A stretch of 64,000 nt of DNA from an uncultured Lachnospiraceae bacterium (GTDB lineage Bacteria > Bacillota > Clostridia > Lachnospirales > Lachnospiraceae): contig CAJUGJ010000013.1 in NCBI GenBank assembly GCA_910586015.1, positions 24,578 to 88,577 of the forward strand, in the 5' to 3' direction. Shown here piece after piece: positions 38,505-47,271 of the stretch. The notes under the pieces were generated by a model. It made no database searches. It was not told the origin of the DNA and worked only from the letters and a program-made list of their open reading frames with translations. Made by a program: the position numbers and the translations under genes. Position 1 is the first letter of the stretch, and each line of letters begins with the position of its first letter.

Positions 38505-38514
38505 GGGGATATAA

Positions 38515-40866
38515 ATGAGGCAAAAGAAATTAAAGTTATTACCATGGATAATTTTAACTACAGGGTTTTTGTCAGTCTTTTTATTTGCTAAATGGCTATT
38601 AAAAGATGACTTTATGGTTTTTTTACAATGGAATGTTGCACTTATACTTTTAGGAGTTATATTCTATCCAATAACAGGGTTGATTTTTCATAAATTTTAT
38701 GACGGTGGATGGTTATTTTCTAAAACAATAGGGGTTGCTTGTGGTGGATGGCTCGTTTGGTATCTATCTTCTACCTTATTTTCTTTTTCAAGAGTTACCT
38801 GTATAGTATGTATACTTATATGGCTTATTATTAATATCTTTTTGTTTTGGACTTTAACTCACTTTTCAAAGAAAAAAAGCCAAAAAGTTCCTTCCTTATT
38901 TTCAAAAGAAAAAGTATTTCATATGCTTTGTTCTGAATTTATTTTTTTAACAGCATTTGTACTTTGGACATATTTAAGGGGATTTAAACCAGAAGCTTAT
39001 GGAACAGAAAAGTTTATGGATTATGGTTTTATGACTGCAATGTTACGTTCGAAACATATGCCACCACAAGATCTTTGGTTTGCAGGAGAAACGATCAACT
39101 ATTATTATGTAGGACAATTCTTAGCCTCTTATTTAACGAAACTTTGTGGAACTACTGCAAATTATGGATATAATCTCATGTTGACTATGTTAGCTGCGTT
39201 TGGATTTTCTTTGCCTTATTCTATTGCCTCTAATGTAGCAAAAGTTTGGATAGAAGATAACCAAAAAAATAAAGAAACACATTTTCATATAAAAGAGAAT
39301 ATTTTAACAGTAATTTGTGGTTTAGTAGCTGGAATTGGAGTTTCTCTTGCAGGAAATGGTCATTATCCAATCTATGCAAAGATTAAGCCATGGATTCAAA
39401 AACTAAAAGGAGAAGTTATAGATTCGTATTGGTTTCCAAATGCAACTAGATATATTGGATATAATCCAGAAACAGACGATAAAACGATTCATGAATTTCC
39501 ATCCTATTCTTTTGTACTTGGAGATTTACATGCCCATGTTATTAATATTATGTTTATTTTAACAGTACTTGCATTACTATTTGCATGGCTGTTATATCGA
39601 AAAGAAACAATGGATAAAGTAAGAAATCAGATGGCGACAGAAACAAAGAGTCTACTTACAGAGGCATTTCATCCAGCAATTATTTTTATTGGATTTTTTA
39701 TTGGATTATTTCAGACAACAAATTTTTGGGATTTTCCAATCTATTTTGTTGTTTCAGGAGCAATTATTTTATTTTCCAATGCAATCATTTATCAATTTTC
39801 AAAAAAGACCATCCTTTTAACAGCAATTCATGCGGCAGTAATTCTTGGAATTAGTACGATTGTATGTCTTCCATTTACACTTACATTTCACAATATTTCT
39901 GCTGGAATTGCTCTGACTGTAACAAGAACACCAATTTATCAATTAGCTGTCCTTTGGGGACTTCCAATTACTTGTGTTATTGTCTATTTGGTTTTTATTA
40001 TTTTGACACAGAAAAAGGAAGGAATATACCAAAAAGAAAGCAAGCAAAAGAAAAATCGGCTTTTTTGTCTGATTGGAAATCTTTCTACACCAGATCTATT
40101 TATTTTAACAATTAGCTGTTGTGCGATTGGACTTGTTATTATGCCAGAAATTATTTATGTGATTGATATTTATTCTGGTTCTTATAAACGTGCCAATACA
40201 ATGTTTAAATTGACATATCAAGCTTTTATTATGTTTGGTATCAGTATGAGTTTTATCTTTTTAAAATTAATCTGTTTTTCTAAAGAAAAGAAAAGAGTAA
40301 TTTTAGGAGTAATTGGTTTTTTAGTTTGGCTTACAACAGTTCCTTATATTTATACTTCCTGTAAAAGTTGGTTTGGAAATATAAAAGATACAAGTGGGTA
40401 TAAAGGAATCGACGCAGCAGCTTTTGTAAAAAATGAATCCGAAGATGATGCCAAAGCAGTGGATTGGCTCAATAAAAATATTAAAGGAAGTCCTGTTTTA
40501 CTAGAAGCTCCGGGTGATAGTTATACGTATTACGAGAGAATTTCTGTTTTAACTGGATTACCTACTATATTAGGATGGAAAACGCATGAGTGGTTATGGC
40601 GAAGTGATGAAACAGGAGACTTTCCAATCTCTGTTTCAGAACGTCAAGTTGATGTCGAAACGATTTATACATCCAGAGAAAAACAAGAAGTACAGAAGCT
40701 TTTAGAAAAGTATCAAGTAGAATATATCTATATTGGCGGCTGTGAACGTGAAAAATATGGAGTAGACTTGAATGAACTATTGTTAAGAAGTCTGGGAACA
40801 GTTGTTTTTCCAGAAGGGGATGAAAGTTACTTTGCAGGAACTTATATTATACAAGTAAATCGATAG
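38515..40866 (+). CDS. DUF2298 ('YYY' membrane protein) family polytopic membrane protein
   Basis: FMDYGFMTAMLRS..MPPQDLWFAGETINYYYVGQ block plus a C-terminal soluble domain, about 783 aa. Confidence 0.7.
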   Translation: MRQKKLKLLPWIILTTGFLSVFLFAKWLLKDDFMVFLQWNVALILLGVIFYPITGLIFHKFYDGGWLFSKTIGVACGGWLVWYLSSTLFSFSRVTCIVCILIWLIINIFLFWTLTHFSKKKSQKVPSLFSKEKVFHMLCSEFIFLTAFVLWTYLRGFKPEAYGTEKFMDYGFMTAMLRSKHMPPQDLWFAGETINYYYVGQFLASYLTKLCGTTANYGYNLMLTMLAAFGFSLPYSIASNVAKVWIEDNQKNKETHFHIKENILTVICGLVAGIGVSLAGNGHYPIYAKIKPWIQKLKGEVIDSYWFPNATRYIGYNPETDDKTIHEFPSYSFVLGDLHAHVINIMFILTVLALLFAWLLYRKETMDKVRNQMATETKSLLTEAFHPAIIFIGFFIGLFQTTNFWDFPIYFVVSGAIILFSNAIIYQFSKKTILLTAIHAAVILGISTIVCLPFTLTFHNISAGIALTVTRTPIYQLAVLWGLPITCVIVYLVFIILTQKKEGIYQKESKQKKNRLFCLIGNLSTPDLFILTISCCAIGLVIMPEIIYVIDIYSGSYKRANTMFKLTYQAFIMFGISMSFIFLKLICFSKEKKRVILGVIGFLVWLTTVPYIYTSCKSWFGNIKDTSGYKGIDAAAFVKNESEDDAKAVDWLNKNIKGSPVLLEAPGDSYTYYERISVLTGLPTILGWKTHEWLWRSDETGDFPISVSERQVDVETIYTSREKQEVQKLLEKYQVEYIYIGGCEREKYGVDLNELLLRSLGTVVFPEGDESYFAGTYIIQVNR

Positions 40867-40987
40867 AAACAAATAAAACAAACGTATGAAGAGATTTTTC
40901 CTTTATAAAATTTCGATTCATACGTTTGTTGAAAAGCATTACAATATAGAAAAAAATACATATAAATTTAAGGGGATAGTTTTTATT

Positions 40988-41404
40988 ATGAAAAAGAAAG
41001 CGATAGTTATGTGGATAATTTTTGTGGTATGCGTGATCAGTACAATAGCACTACGATATTTTTCAGACAGACAACAGATACAATATGAAACGGTTTCGGC
41101 AAAGGTCATAAGTGCAGAGAAAAAGACATTAAAGAATCGTTCAAACGGCAATACATATACTTCCTATCATGTTACTGTAGAATATGAAGGAAAGGAGTAT
41201 GAACTTAAAAATGCACATAGTACATATGAATATCCTAAAGGAAAAGAGATTACAGCATATCTGTCCCGTGGCAATTTATATGCAGATGTAGCAGGAGTAA
41301 AGTCTTCAACGCCTCTTTTCTATGCTTATTTCGGTTTTTTGGTTGGAAGTATAGTAATGCTTTGTGTAGCAATAAATTCTTCAGTAAAAGCAAAACGCAA
41401 ATAA
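40988..41404 (+). CDS. DUF3592-like small membrane protein (TM - beta-rich domain - TM)
   Basis: ATG 40988 follows SD AAGGGGA (the ORF opens at 40886, inside a hairpin). Topology is typical of DUF3592. Confidence 0.45.
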   Translation: MKKKAIVMWIIFVVCVISTIALRYFSDRQQIQYETVSAKVISAEKKTLKNRSNGNTYTSYHVTVEYEGKEYELKNAHSTYEYPKGKEITAYLSRGNLYADVAGVKSSTPLFYAYFGFLVGSIVMLCVAINSSVKAKRK

Positions 41405-41422
41405 TATATCTCAATAATTTTT

Positions 41423-41458
41423 GTGATGGTTTAGATTTTTCAAAACCATCACTTTTTT
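41423..41458. terminator. Bidirectional rho-independent terminator between convergent genes
   Basis: GTGATGGTTT/AAACCATCAC stem followed by TTTTTT. A-rich on the 5' side for the opposite strand. Confidence 0.7.
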
Positions 41459-41812
41459 CTAAATTTCTTTAGATTGGATATCTAAAAGTTTATGGATGGC
41501 TGGGCGCATTTCAGGATGTTTACGATATTGAGTAACAAGACATTCTTCTTCTAAGGTTAAGTTAAGATCCGTTTTGGTGCTTTTTTCATCTTTATAGCCG
41601 AAAACTTGTAATATATCCTCAATTCCATAAAGTTCACAAAGTAACATAAGAGTATCGGCAGAAGGTTGAGTTGTACCATGTTCCCAAGCATAGATTGTTT
41701 TAGGAGCTGCAACAATATTATAATCCTTTAATAAACTTGAAACTTGTTTTACAGATAGATAATTTAATTTTCTATAATAGCGTAACATTGTAGGTATTCT
41801 TTCGTTTCTCAT
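41459..41812 (-). CDS. XRE-family helix-turn-helix transcriptional regulator
   Basis: LRYYRKLNYLSVKQVSSLL...TIYAWEHGTTQPSADTLMLLCELYG is an HTH_3-like pattern. SD AAGGAGAG upstream. Confidence 0.8.
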   Translation of the reverse strand: MRNERIPTMLRYYRKLNYLSVKQVSSLLKDYNIVAAPKTIYAWEHGTTQPSADTLMLLCELYGIEDILQVFGYKDEKSTKTDLNLTLEEECLVTQYRKHPEMRPAIHKLLDIQSKEI

Positions 41813-42024
41813 TTAATATCTCTCCTTTATGTGATTTGTATTATGACTTCTTCTACTTCCAAAATATTCTTCTTTTGTGTCATAAACATATTTTATCATG
41901 TTTAACCATTTCTGGCTATATTTTTAATTACTTAACATCGCTCCTTCGTAAATTTTTTCTTCTCTATTATAGTATATCGAGAATTTTATAGTGTCAAGAA
42001 AACTCTTAAGAAAAGAAAAAAGCT

Positions 42025-42053
42025 GTTGAAATTCTTTATAAAAGAGAATATAA
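42025..42053 (+). promoter_or_regulatory. Candidate sigma-A promoter for the 42121 HTH gene
   Basis: TTGAAA (42025-42030), a 17-nt spacer, and TATAAT (42048-42053). Confidence 0.55.
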
Positions 42054-42120
42054 TGGTAATAAATAGAATAATTTCTTGATTAAAAAGAATATATAAATCA
42101 AATTACAAAGGAGAAAGAGG

Positions 42121-42324
42121 ATGGGAATAACAGAACGTCTAATTGAGTATATGGGAAATAACAACATTTCTTTAGAAAAGATTTCACAACAGACAAAGAT
42201 TCCAATAACAAAACTAAAACGGGGAGGAAAACGATCACTTACTGCGGAAGAACTTTGTATATTATGTACTATTTTACATATCCGCCCAGAAGATTTTTAT
42301 GAAAAACAGATAAAACAAAATTAA
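42121..42324 (+). CDS. Small (67 aa) XRE/Cro-like HTH protein
   Basis: NNISLEKISQQTKIPITKLKR...LTAEELCILCTILHIRPEDFY. Divergent from the XRE gene. Confidence 0.6.
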   Translation: MGITERLIEYMGNNNISLEKISQQTKIPITKLKRGGKRSLTAEELCILCTILHIRPEDFYEKQIKQN

Positions 42325-42409
42325 AAAGAAAAATAAAAATTTAAGTAAACATTTTAATATTTTTGCATACGCTGATAGTAAAAGTGACAAAAAGGAAACA
42401 GGAGATCCT

Positions 42410-43516
42410 ATGAATCATTTTTCGAGCTATGAGGATATGAAACGACAATTATTTTATTCAAAGCAAGAAGAAGGAACAGGAGATAGAGATACTGGATGTT
42501 ATGTTGGAGGTAAAGAAAGTGGAGTTATGACACCACAAAATGGGGTATCTCCAAGATCGGGTGGAGTACCAGTGACACCAATTGCACCAGAAGGATCGAT
42601 GCCAGTAGCACCTAGACCAGATGAAGATATGAGTCATATACCAACGACACCAATTGCGCCAGAAGGGTCAATGCCAGTAGCACCTGAACCAGATGAAGAT
42701 ATGAATCATATACCAGTGACACCAATTGCACCAGAAGGATCGATGCCAGTAGCACCTGGACCAGATGAAGATATGAGTCATATACCAACGACGCCAATTG
42801 CGCCAGAAGGGTCGATGCCAGTAGCACCTGGACCGGGAGTTACAATTTTACCACCAATTGTAATTAACTATGCAACTGTAAGAGTTTTTCATGCAGCATC
42901 TAATTTTGTTCCACTTCGTGTTACAATAGGAAATCGAACACTGACAAATGATCTAGCATTTGGAAAAGTTTCTGGCTATAGTAGAATTACAGATGGTTTT
43001 CGAATTGTAACTGTATATAGTACAGTATCCAATGAAGTATTACTTAGAGCAACACTTCCATTTACATCAGGGCAAAAGATAACACTTGCAATCATCAATA
43101 CTGCAAATGGACTAGAGATCGTAACAGTTTCAGATACTGCCTGCCGCAATATTATGAATAACAGAGGATGTCTTCGTGCAGCAAATCTGACATTTGACGA
43201 TGGACCATTTGATATTATTTTAAGTGATGGACGTATGGTCTTTTCGGATGTCCGTCAAAAAGAAGTAACCTCTTGGAAACAGGCAGTTCCAGGAGATTAT
43301 GAATTTTACATTATGGAAACGCCATATGGAGTAATGCCGATTGATACTATGGGACGGTTAGAAGAGATGCCATATATTACTCAGGGTAGATATGTAGATG
43401 CTTCGTATTTGTTGAATTTCTATGTTAGAGTCAATGCTAAAAATATGTATACTGCATATATTATCGGCGGATATTACTCTGTAATGCCGCTTCAGGTGGT
43501 TGTAATCGAAGATTAA
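42410..43516 (+). CDS. DUF4397 domain protein with N-terminal proline-rich tandem repeats
   Basis: The C-terminal half (ATVRVFHAASNFVPLRVTIGNRTL...GKVSGYSRITDGF) matches the DUF4397 pattern. The N-terminus carries 3.6 copies of a 24-aa repeat. Confidence 0.65.
   Translation: MNHFSSYEDMKRQLFYSKQEEGTGDRDTGCYVGGKESGVMTPQNGVSPRSGGVPVTPIAPEGSMPVAPRPDEDMSHIPTTPIAPEGSMPVAPEPDEDMNHIPVTPIAPEGSMPVAPGPDEDMSHIPTTPIAPEGSMPVAPGPGVTILPPIVINYATVRVFHAASNFVPLRVTIGNRTLTNDLAFGKVSGYSRITDGFRIVTVYSTVSNEVLLRATLPFTSGQKITLAIINTANGLEIVTVSDTACRNIMNNRGCLRAANLTFDDGPFDIILSDGRMVFSDVRQKEVTSWKQAVPGDYEFYIMETPYGVMPIDTMGRLEEMPYITQGRYVDASYLLNFYVRVNAKNMYTAYIIGGYYSVMPLQVVVIED
42575..42832 (+). repeat. In-frame 72-bp tandem repeat, ~3.6 copies (TPIAPEGSMPVAPxPDEDM[SN]HIP[TV])
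   Basis: Units at 42575-42646, 42647-42718 and 42719-42790, plus a partial unit at 42791-42832. Odd and even units share alternating synonymous variants. Confidence 0.9.
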
Positions 43517-43627
43517 ATAATAGAAGCTGTTGTAAAATAAGATTTAACTGTCATAAGATAGTATAAAATTTTATTTTGCAACAGCTTTTAATAAATAATA
43601 TCAAAAAAAATAAAAATATAAAATTTA

Positions 43628-43656
43628 TTGACAAATTTTATTAGATAATTTACAAT
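43628..43656 (+). promoter_or_regulatory. Near-consensus sigma-A promoter upstream of the frameshifted small membrane protein gene
   Basis: TTGACA (43628-43633), a 17-nt spacer, and TACAAT (43651-43656). Confidence 0.55.
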
Positions 43657-43671
43657 AGAAAAAAGTATGTA

Positions 43672-43952
43672 ATGATTGGAATTAAACCAATGTTAAAATC
43701 AGAATCAATCATAATTCCTTCAACAATTATATTTACTATTATAATAAAAGAAACATTTGAGTACATAAAAAAATATAATGATTACAAAAGAAAAAAAAAA
43801 TTAGAAATACAATATTTTTAGCTATATATTATATCATATTTTTAATTGGAATAGTATATCAATTAACAAGGATAAAGAATCCATTCTATTATATATTGTT
43901 ATTTATTATCTTTCTTTGTGATGTAATTATATTTCTTGTATTAAAAAAATAG
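43672..43952 (+). pseudogene. Small 3-TM membrane protein gene interrupted by a frameshift at an A10 tract (paralog of 44067..44336)
   Basis: Frame 0 reads MIGIKPMLKSESIIIPSTIIFTIIIKETFEYIKKYNDYKRKKK and stops at 43819. The -1 frame continues IRNTIFLAIYYIIFLIGIVYQLTRIKNPFYYILLFIIFLCDVIIFLVLKK*. The A10 tract is at 43791-43800. Confidence 0.6.
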
Positions 43953-44066
43953 TAATATAATAATTAGGATAGTTTAGAAGAAATACGGTAATTATTTTGT
44001 GATCGGGAACCAAGAAAGCTTTAATTAATGAGTGGCAAGAAGCCTGTGCGGAAATGTGGGAAAAAT

Positions 44067-44336
44067 ATGATAGAATTAAGCAGAGTAAACATGGTTTCAA
44101 CGGTAATTTTCGTTGTTGTAATACGGCAGACCTTTGACTACATAAAAGGATTTCAGGATTATGAAAAAAAGCAAAAGATCCGGAATGGATTATTTTTAGC
44201 TAGTTTTTATATAACGCTTTTCATTGAGATGCTCTATCGAATGAAAAAGATAAATGATCCTTTCTATTATATATCTTTAGGTATTGTTTTTCTCTATGAT
44301 CTAACTGTTTTTATTATATTTGAAAAGATAAAATAA
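44067..44336 (+). CDS. Small (89 aa) 3-TM membrane protein, intact paralog
   Basis: MIELSRVNMVSTVIFVVVIRQTFDYIKGFQDYEKKQKIRNGLFLASFY...INDPFYYISLGIVFLYD aligns along its whole length with the frameshifted upstream copy. Confidence 0.5.
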   Translation: MIELSRVNMVSTVIFVVVIRQTFDYIKGFQDYEKKQKIRNGLFLASFYITLFIEMLYRMKKINDPFYYISLGIVFLYDLTVFIIFEKIK

Positions 44337-44413
44337 TTTATAGAAATTTATGAAAACTTAAAGCAGATATCTAAAAAAAGAAGATTTTTGGACATCTGTT
44401 TTTTAATAACCTT

Positions 44414-44556
44414 TTATATATAAGTATCAGAAACAAACTGCAGTTCTGCCATAATTCCATAATGATCACTGGTACACATATTACTATTTGGAAATATCTC
44501 TGTACCAAAAATGATAAAGTTATTCATTCCAAATGTTATAGGAGGTAACTTTTAAA
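44414..44556 (-). pseudogene. Remnant of an endonuclease/exonuclease/phosphatase (EEP) family gene with a large internal deletion
   Basis: One minus-strand frame reads LKVTSYNIWNE* (EEP N-terminal signature). Another reads ...FGTEIFPNSNMCTSDHYGIMAELQFVSDTYI* (EEP C-terminal SDH motif). Confidence 0.45.
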
Positions 44557-44587
44557 GTACATTTATTTTTCTGAATAATATTTATCC

Positions 44588-45121
44588 TTAAATCCCAATT
44601 TTAATAATATTTATAATTTTTTCAGTAATAGATTCCATACTTTCTGTACCATCTATTACATAATCAGAAGAAGGCAATATATCCTTCTGCATTTGTACAA
44701 ATGCTACCCTCGCATATTCTAAATATCTTCTTAAATCGCTTCTTATCTCTTCACCAGAAACATCACACATATCCCTTAAAATTCTTCTTGCTAGTGCAAT
44801 ATCCAAAGGTGTATCTATAAAAACAGCCACATCTATATACTTTCTGATTTGCTCATTACAATAGGCAAATGGATAATCAAGAATTAAATAATCACAGTTT
44901 CCAGCATTTTTTATTTTTAAAATATCTTTCTCTAGTGGTTTCAGATTCCATATATTGTAATCAGCACCATCAAGTACCCATTGATAAAAATCATCAACTG
45001 CTCCTTCAAATTCATAATCATCAAAGTACAATGTCTGTACATTTGGTAACTTTTTTTTAACTCTTTTTACTGTTGTTGTTTTGCCACCAGCTGTTACAGC
45101 TGCTATTGCAATTACTTTCAT
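44588..45121 (-). CDS. P-loop nucleoside/nucleotide kinase-like protein (uridine kinase-like fold)
   Basis: MKVIAIAAVTAGGKTT P-loop at the N-terminus, 177 aa, and a DTPLDIALARR motif. Confidence 0.6.
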   Translation of the reverse strand: MKVIAIAAVTAGGKTTTVKRVKKKLPNVQTLYFDDYEFEGAVDDFYQWVLDGADYNIWNLKPLEKDILKIKNAGNCDYLILDYPFAYCNEQIRKYIDVAVFIDTPLDIALARRILRDMCDVSGEEIRSDLRRYLEYARVAFVQMQKDILPSSDYVIDGTESMESITEKIINIIKIGI

Positions 45122-45366
45122 AAAATAATCCCCTCGTCTAAATATAAAACATTTGTCCTAGTATAGCATGTAATCTGCTTTTTTTAATACAGTTTTATAA
45201 GTTATTCTACTATAAATATATATATAATTCCATTAAATTTTACTTAAATTTGCTTTATCACTCTGTTTAAAGTTATTTATCTGCCTGTTCTAAAGGTGTT
45301 TTACGTCACTCTTGACTTTCTATAAAAAATATGGGTATACTAAGATAAGGTATTTAGGAGGAAAAA

Positions 45367-47235
45367 GTGAGAACGATTATTGATACAGCAAAACGATTAT
45401 TATTTAAAAATATAGCGTGTCTGCTGCTGTTAGAATTACTTTATAAAGCAGGATTTTTTATGATTATGATTCCTGTATGCAGGATAGCATTTCGAGTTTC
45501 ATTAAAACTTTCAGGCTTTAGCTATTTAACTTTAGAAAATATAGCAGCATTTTTAAGAAATCCTGTGACAGTAATTTCCCTGATTGTGATTTTGGCATTA
45601 TCAGGATTTTTTTTATTGTTAGAATTTATCACTTTAACAATTTACTATGACTTTTGTGAAAAAGAAAAAAAACTCTCTCTTGAGCAGATTTTATTTCCAA
45701 GTATTAGACGAATGATACAGTTATTAAAACAAAAAAGAAACATAGTGCTATTAGTAACAGCATTAGTATCTAGTATGTTTATACTCTTTCCACTTTTAGC
45801 AGCATTATTAACTCAAATGAAAATACCAAACTATATTTTTGTATCTGCTCTGAACAACCGCACATTTAAAGCATTTATATTAACGTTTCTAATATTAGCG
45901 AGTCTGATTTCTTATCATCAGTTATTTTTAATTCCTCTTATGGTATTAGAGAATAATTCTTTTAGAAACGCTTGGAAAAAAAGTGGTTATTTAAAAAAGG
46001 GAAAACATAAGCAAATAATTTTGATTTTAATTGTATGGAATCTAATTTTAATATTACTTTATCTCATTTTATATTATACTATATTATTTTTGGCAGCCGT
46101 CATCACGTATAATGTTACTAAAAGGGAAATAGTCTATATAGCCTTTATTAAAGTTTATGAACAGATAAGTTTTTGGGTGAGTATATTTGTTGCAATGATA
46201 GCAATAGAAGGGAATATCTGTATCATAACAAGTCTTTACAATAAATATAGAGATAGAACTATTTCAAATGATTGTGTAATGAAAATATTACAACAGATGG
46301 AACAAATTCGACAAAAAGAACAAGAATATTACGAAAAAAGGAGAATTCCTTTTAGAAATCGGTACAGAAAAATTTTGGCGATATCAGGAATTATTATGAT
46401 TGGAGTTAATTTTGGATATATTTATGATTCTGTTCGAAATGGCTCTAATCTAAAAAAGGAATCTCTTTTAGGAATTGCAGTAACAGCTCACAGAGGAGCT
46501 TCCGCTGATGCTCCAGAAAATACCATTCCCGCCTTGGAAAAGGCAATAGAGAGAATGGCAGATTATGCAGAAATTGATGTACAGGAAACAAAAGATGGAG
46601 TAGTAGTTTTACTCCATGATTCCAGTTTAGAAAGGACAACGAATGTATCAAAAAAGGTATGGGATGTTACCTATTTAGAATTGTTAGAGTATGATGCTGG
46701 TTCTTGGTTTTCAAAAGAATATGAGAAAACAAAAATTCCAACTCTTTCACAGGCTTTAGAATTATGTAAGGGAAAGATCAATCTAAATATTGAAATAAAA
46801 GCAAGAAATAAAGATCAAAGTCTAGTAGAAAAAGTAGTTCGTTTAATAGAACAATATGATTTTGAACAGCAATGTGTCATTACTTCCACAAGTTATAGTG
46901 TTCTTACAAGAGTAAAAGAGTTAAATCCCAAAATTAAAACAGGTTATATTTTAGCTATAGCATATGGAAATTTTTATAATAGTGAATATGCAGATTTTTT
47001 TAGTGTAAAATCCAGTTTTATCAATGAAAATATGGTACGTCTGTCACATCATCTTGGAAAAGAAGTTCATGCTTGGACAGTAAATACAAAAACAGAGTTA
47101 GAGAGAATGAAACAACTAGGAGTAAATAATATTATTACAGATAAACCACTATTAGCAAAAGAGATTTTATATAAGGAAACAAAAGTTACTTTTCTAGGAC
47201 TATTTAAACAATTACTAGAAATGACAGAACCATAG
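45367..47235 (+). CDS. Membrane-anchored glycerophosphodiester phosphodiesterase (N-terminal multi-TM domain + GDPD domain)
   Basis: AHRGASADAPENT and EIDVQETKDGVVVLLHD GDPD motifs. GTG start after SD AGGAGG. Confidence 0.85.
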   Translation: MRTIIDTAKRLLFKNIACLLLLELLYKAGFFMIMIPVCRIAFRVSLKLSGFSYLTLENIAAFLRNPVTVISLIVILALSGFFLLLEFITLTIYYDFCEKEKKLSLEQILFPSIRRMIQLLKQKRNIVLLVTALVSSMFILFPLLAALLTQMKIPNYIFVSALNNRTFKAFILTFLILASLISYHQLFLIPLMVLENNSFRNAWKKSGYLKKGKHKQIILILIVWNLILILLYLILYYTILFLAAVITYNVTKREIVYIAFIKVYEQISFWVSIFVAMIAIEGNICIITSLYNKYRDRTISNDCVMKILQQMEQIRQKEQEYYEKRRIPFRNRYRKILAISGIIMIGVNFGYIYDSVRNGSNLKKESLLGIAVTAHRGASADAPENTIPALEKAIERMADYAEIDVQETKDGVVVLLHDSSLERTTNVSKKVWDVTYLELLEYDAGSWFSKEYEKTKIPTLSQALELCKGKINLNIEIKARNKDQSLVEKVVRLIEQYDFEQQCVITSTSYSVLTRVKELNPKIKTGYILAIAYGNFYNSEYADFFSVKSSFINENMVRLSHHLGKEVHAWTVNTKTELERMKQLGVNNIITDKPLLAKEILYKETKVTFLGLFKQLLEMTEP

Positions 47236-47271
47236 TAAAAAGGACGGATTATTTTAATCCGTCCAATATAT

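Noticed and set aside
42575-42832. Regularly spaced repeats considered as a possible CRISPR-like array.
   Set aside because: The units are contiguous 72-bp repeats with no unique spacers. They are in frame within a long ORF and encode a proline-rich peptide repeat. No cas genes are in the window.
43960-44066. Frame encoding ...EWQEACAEMWEKYDRIKQSKHGFNGNF... just upstream of the intact small-membrane-protein paralog, considered as another gene remnant.
   Set aside because: It is short, has no start or SD and no recognisable family. I cannot distinguish it from chance open frame in AT-rich DNA.
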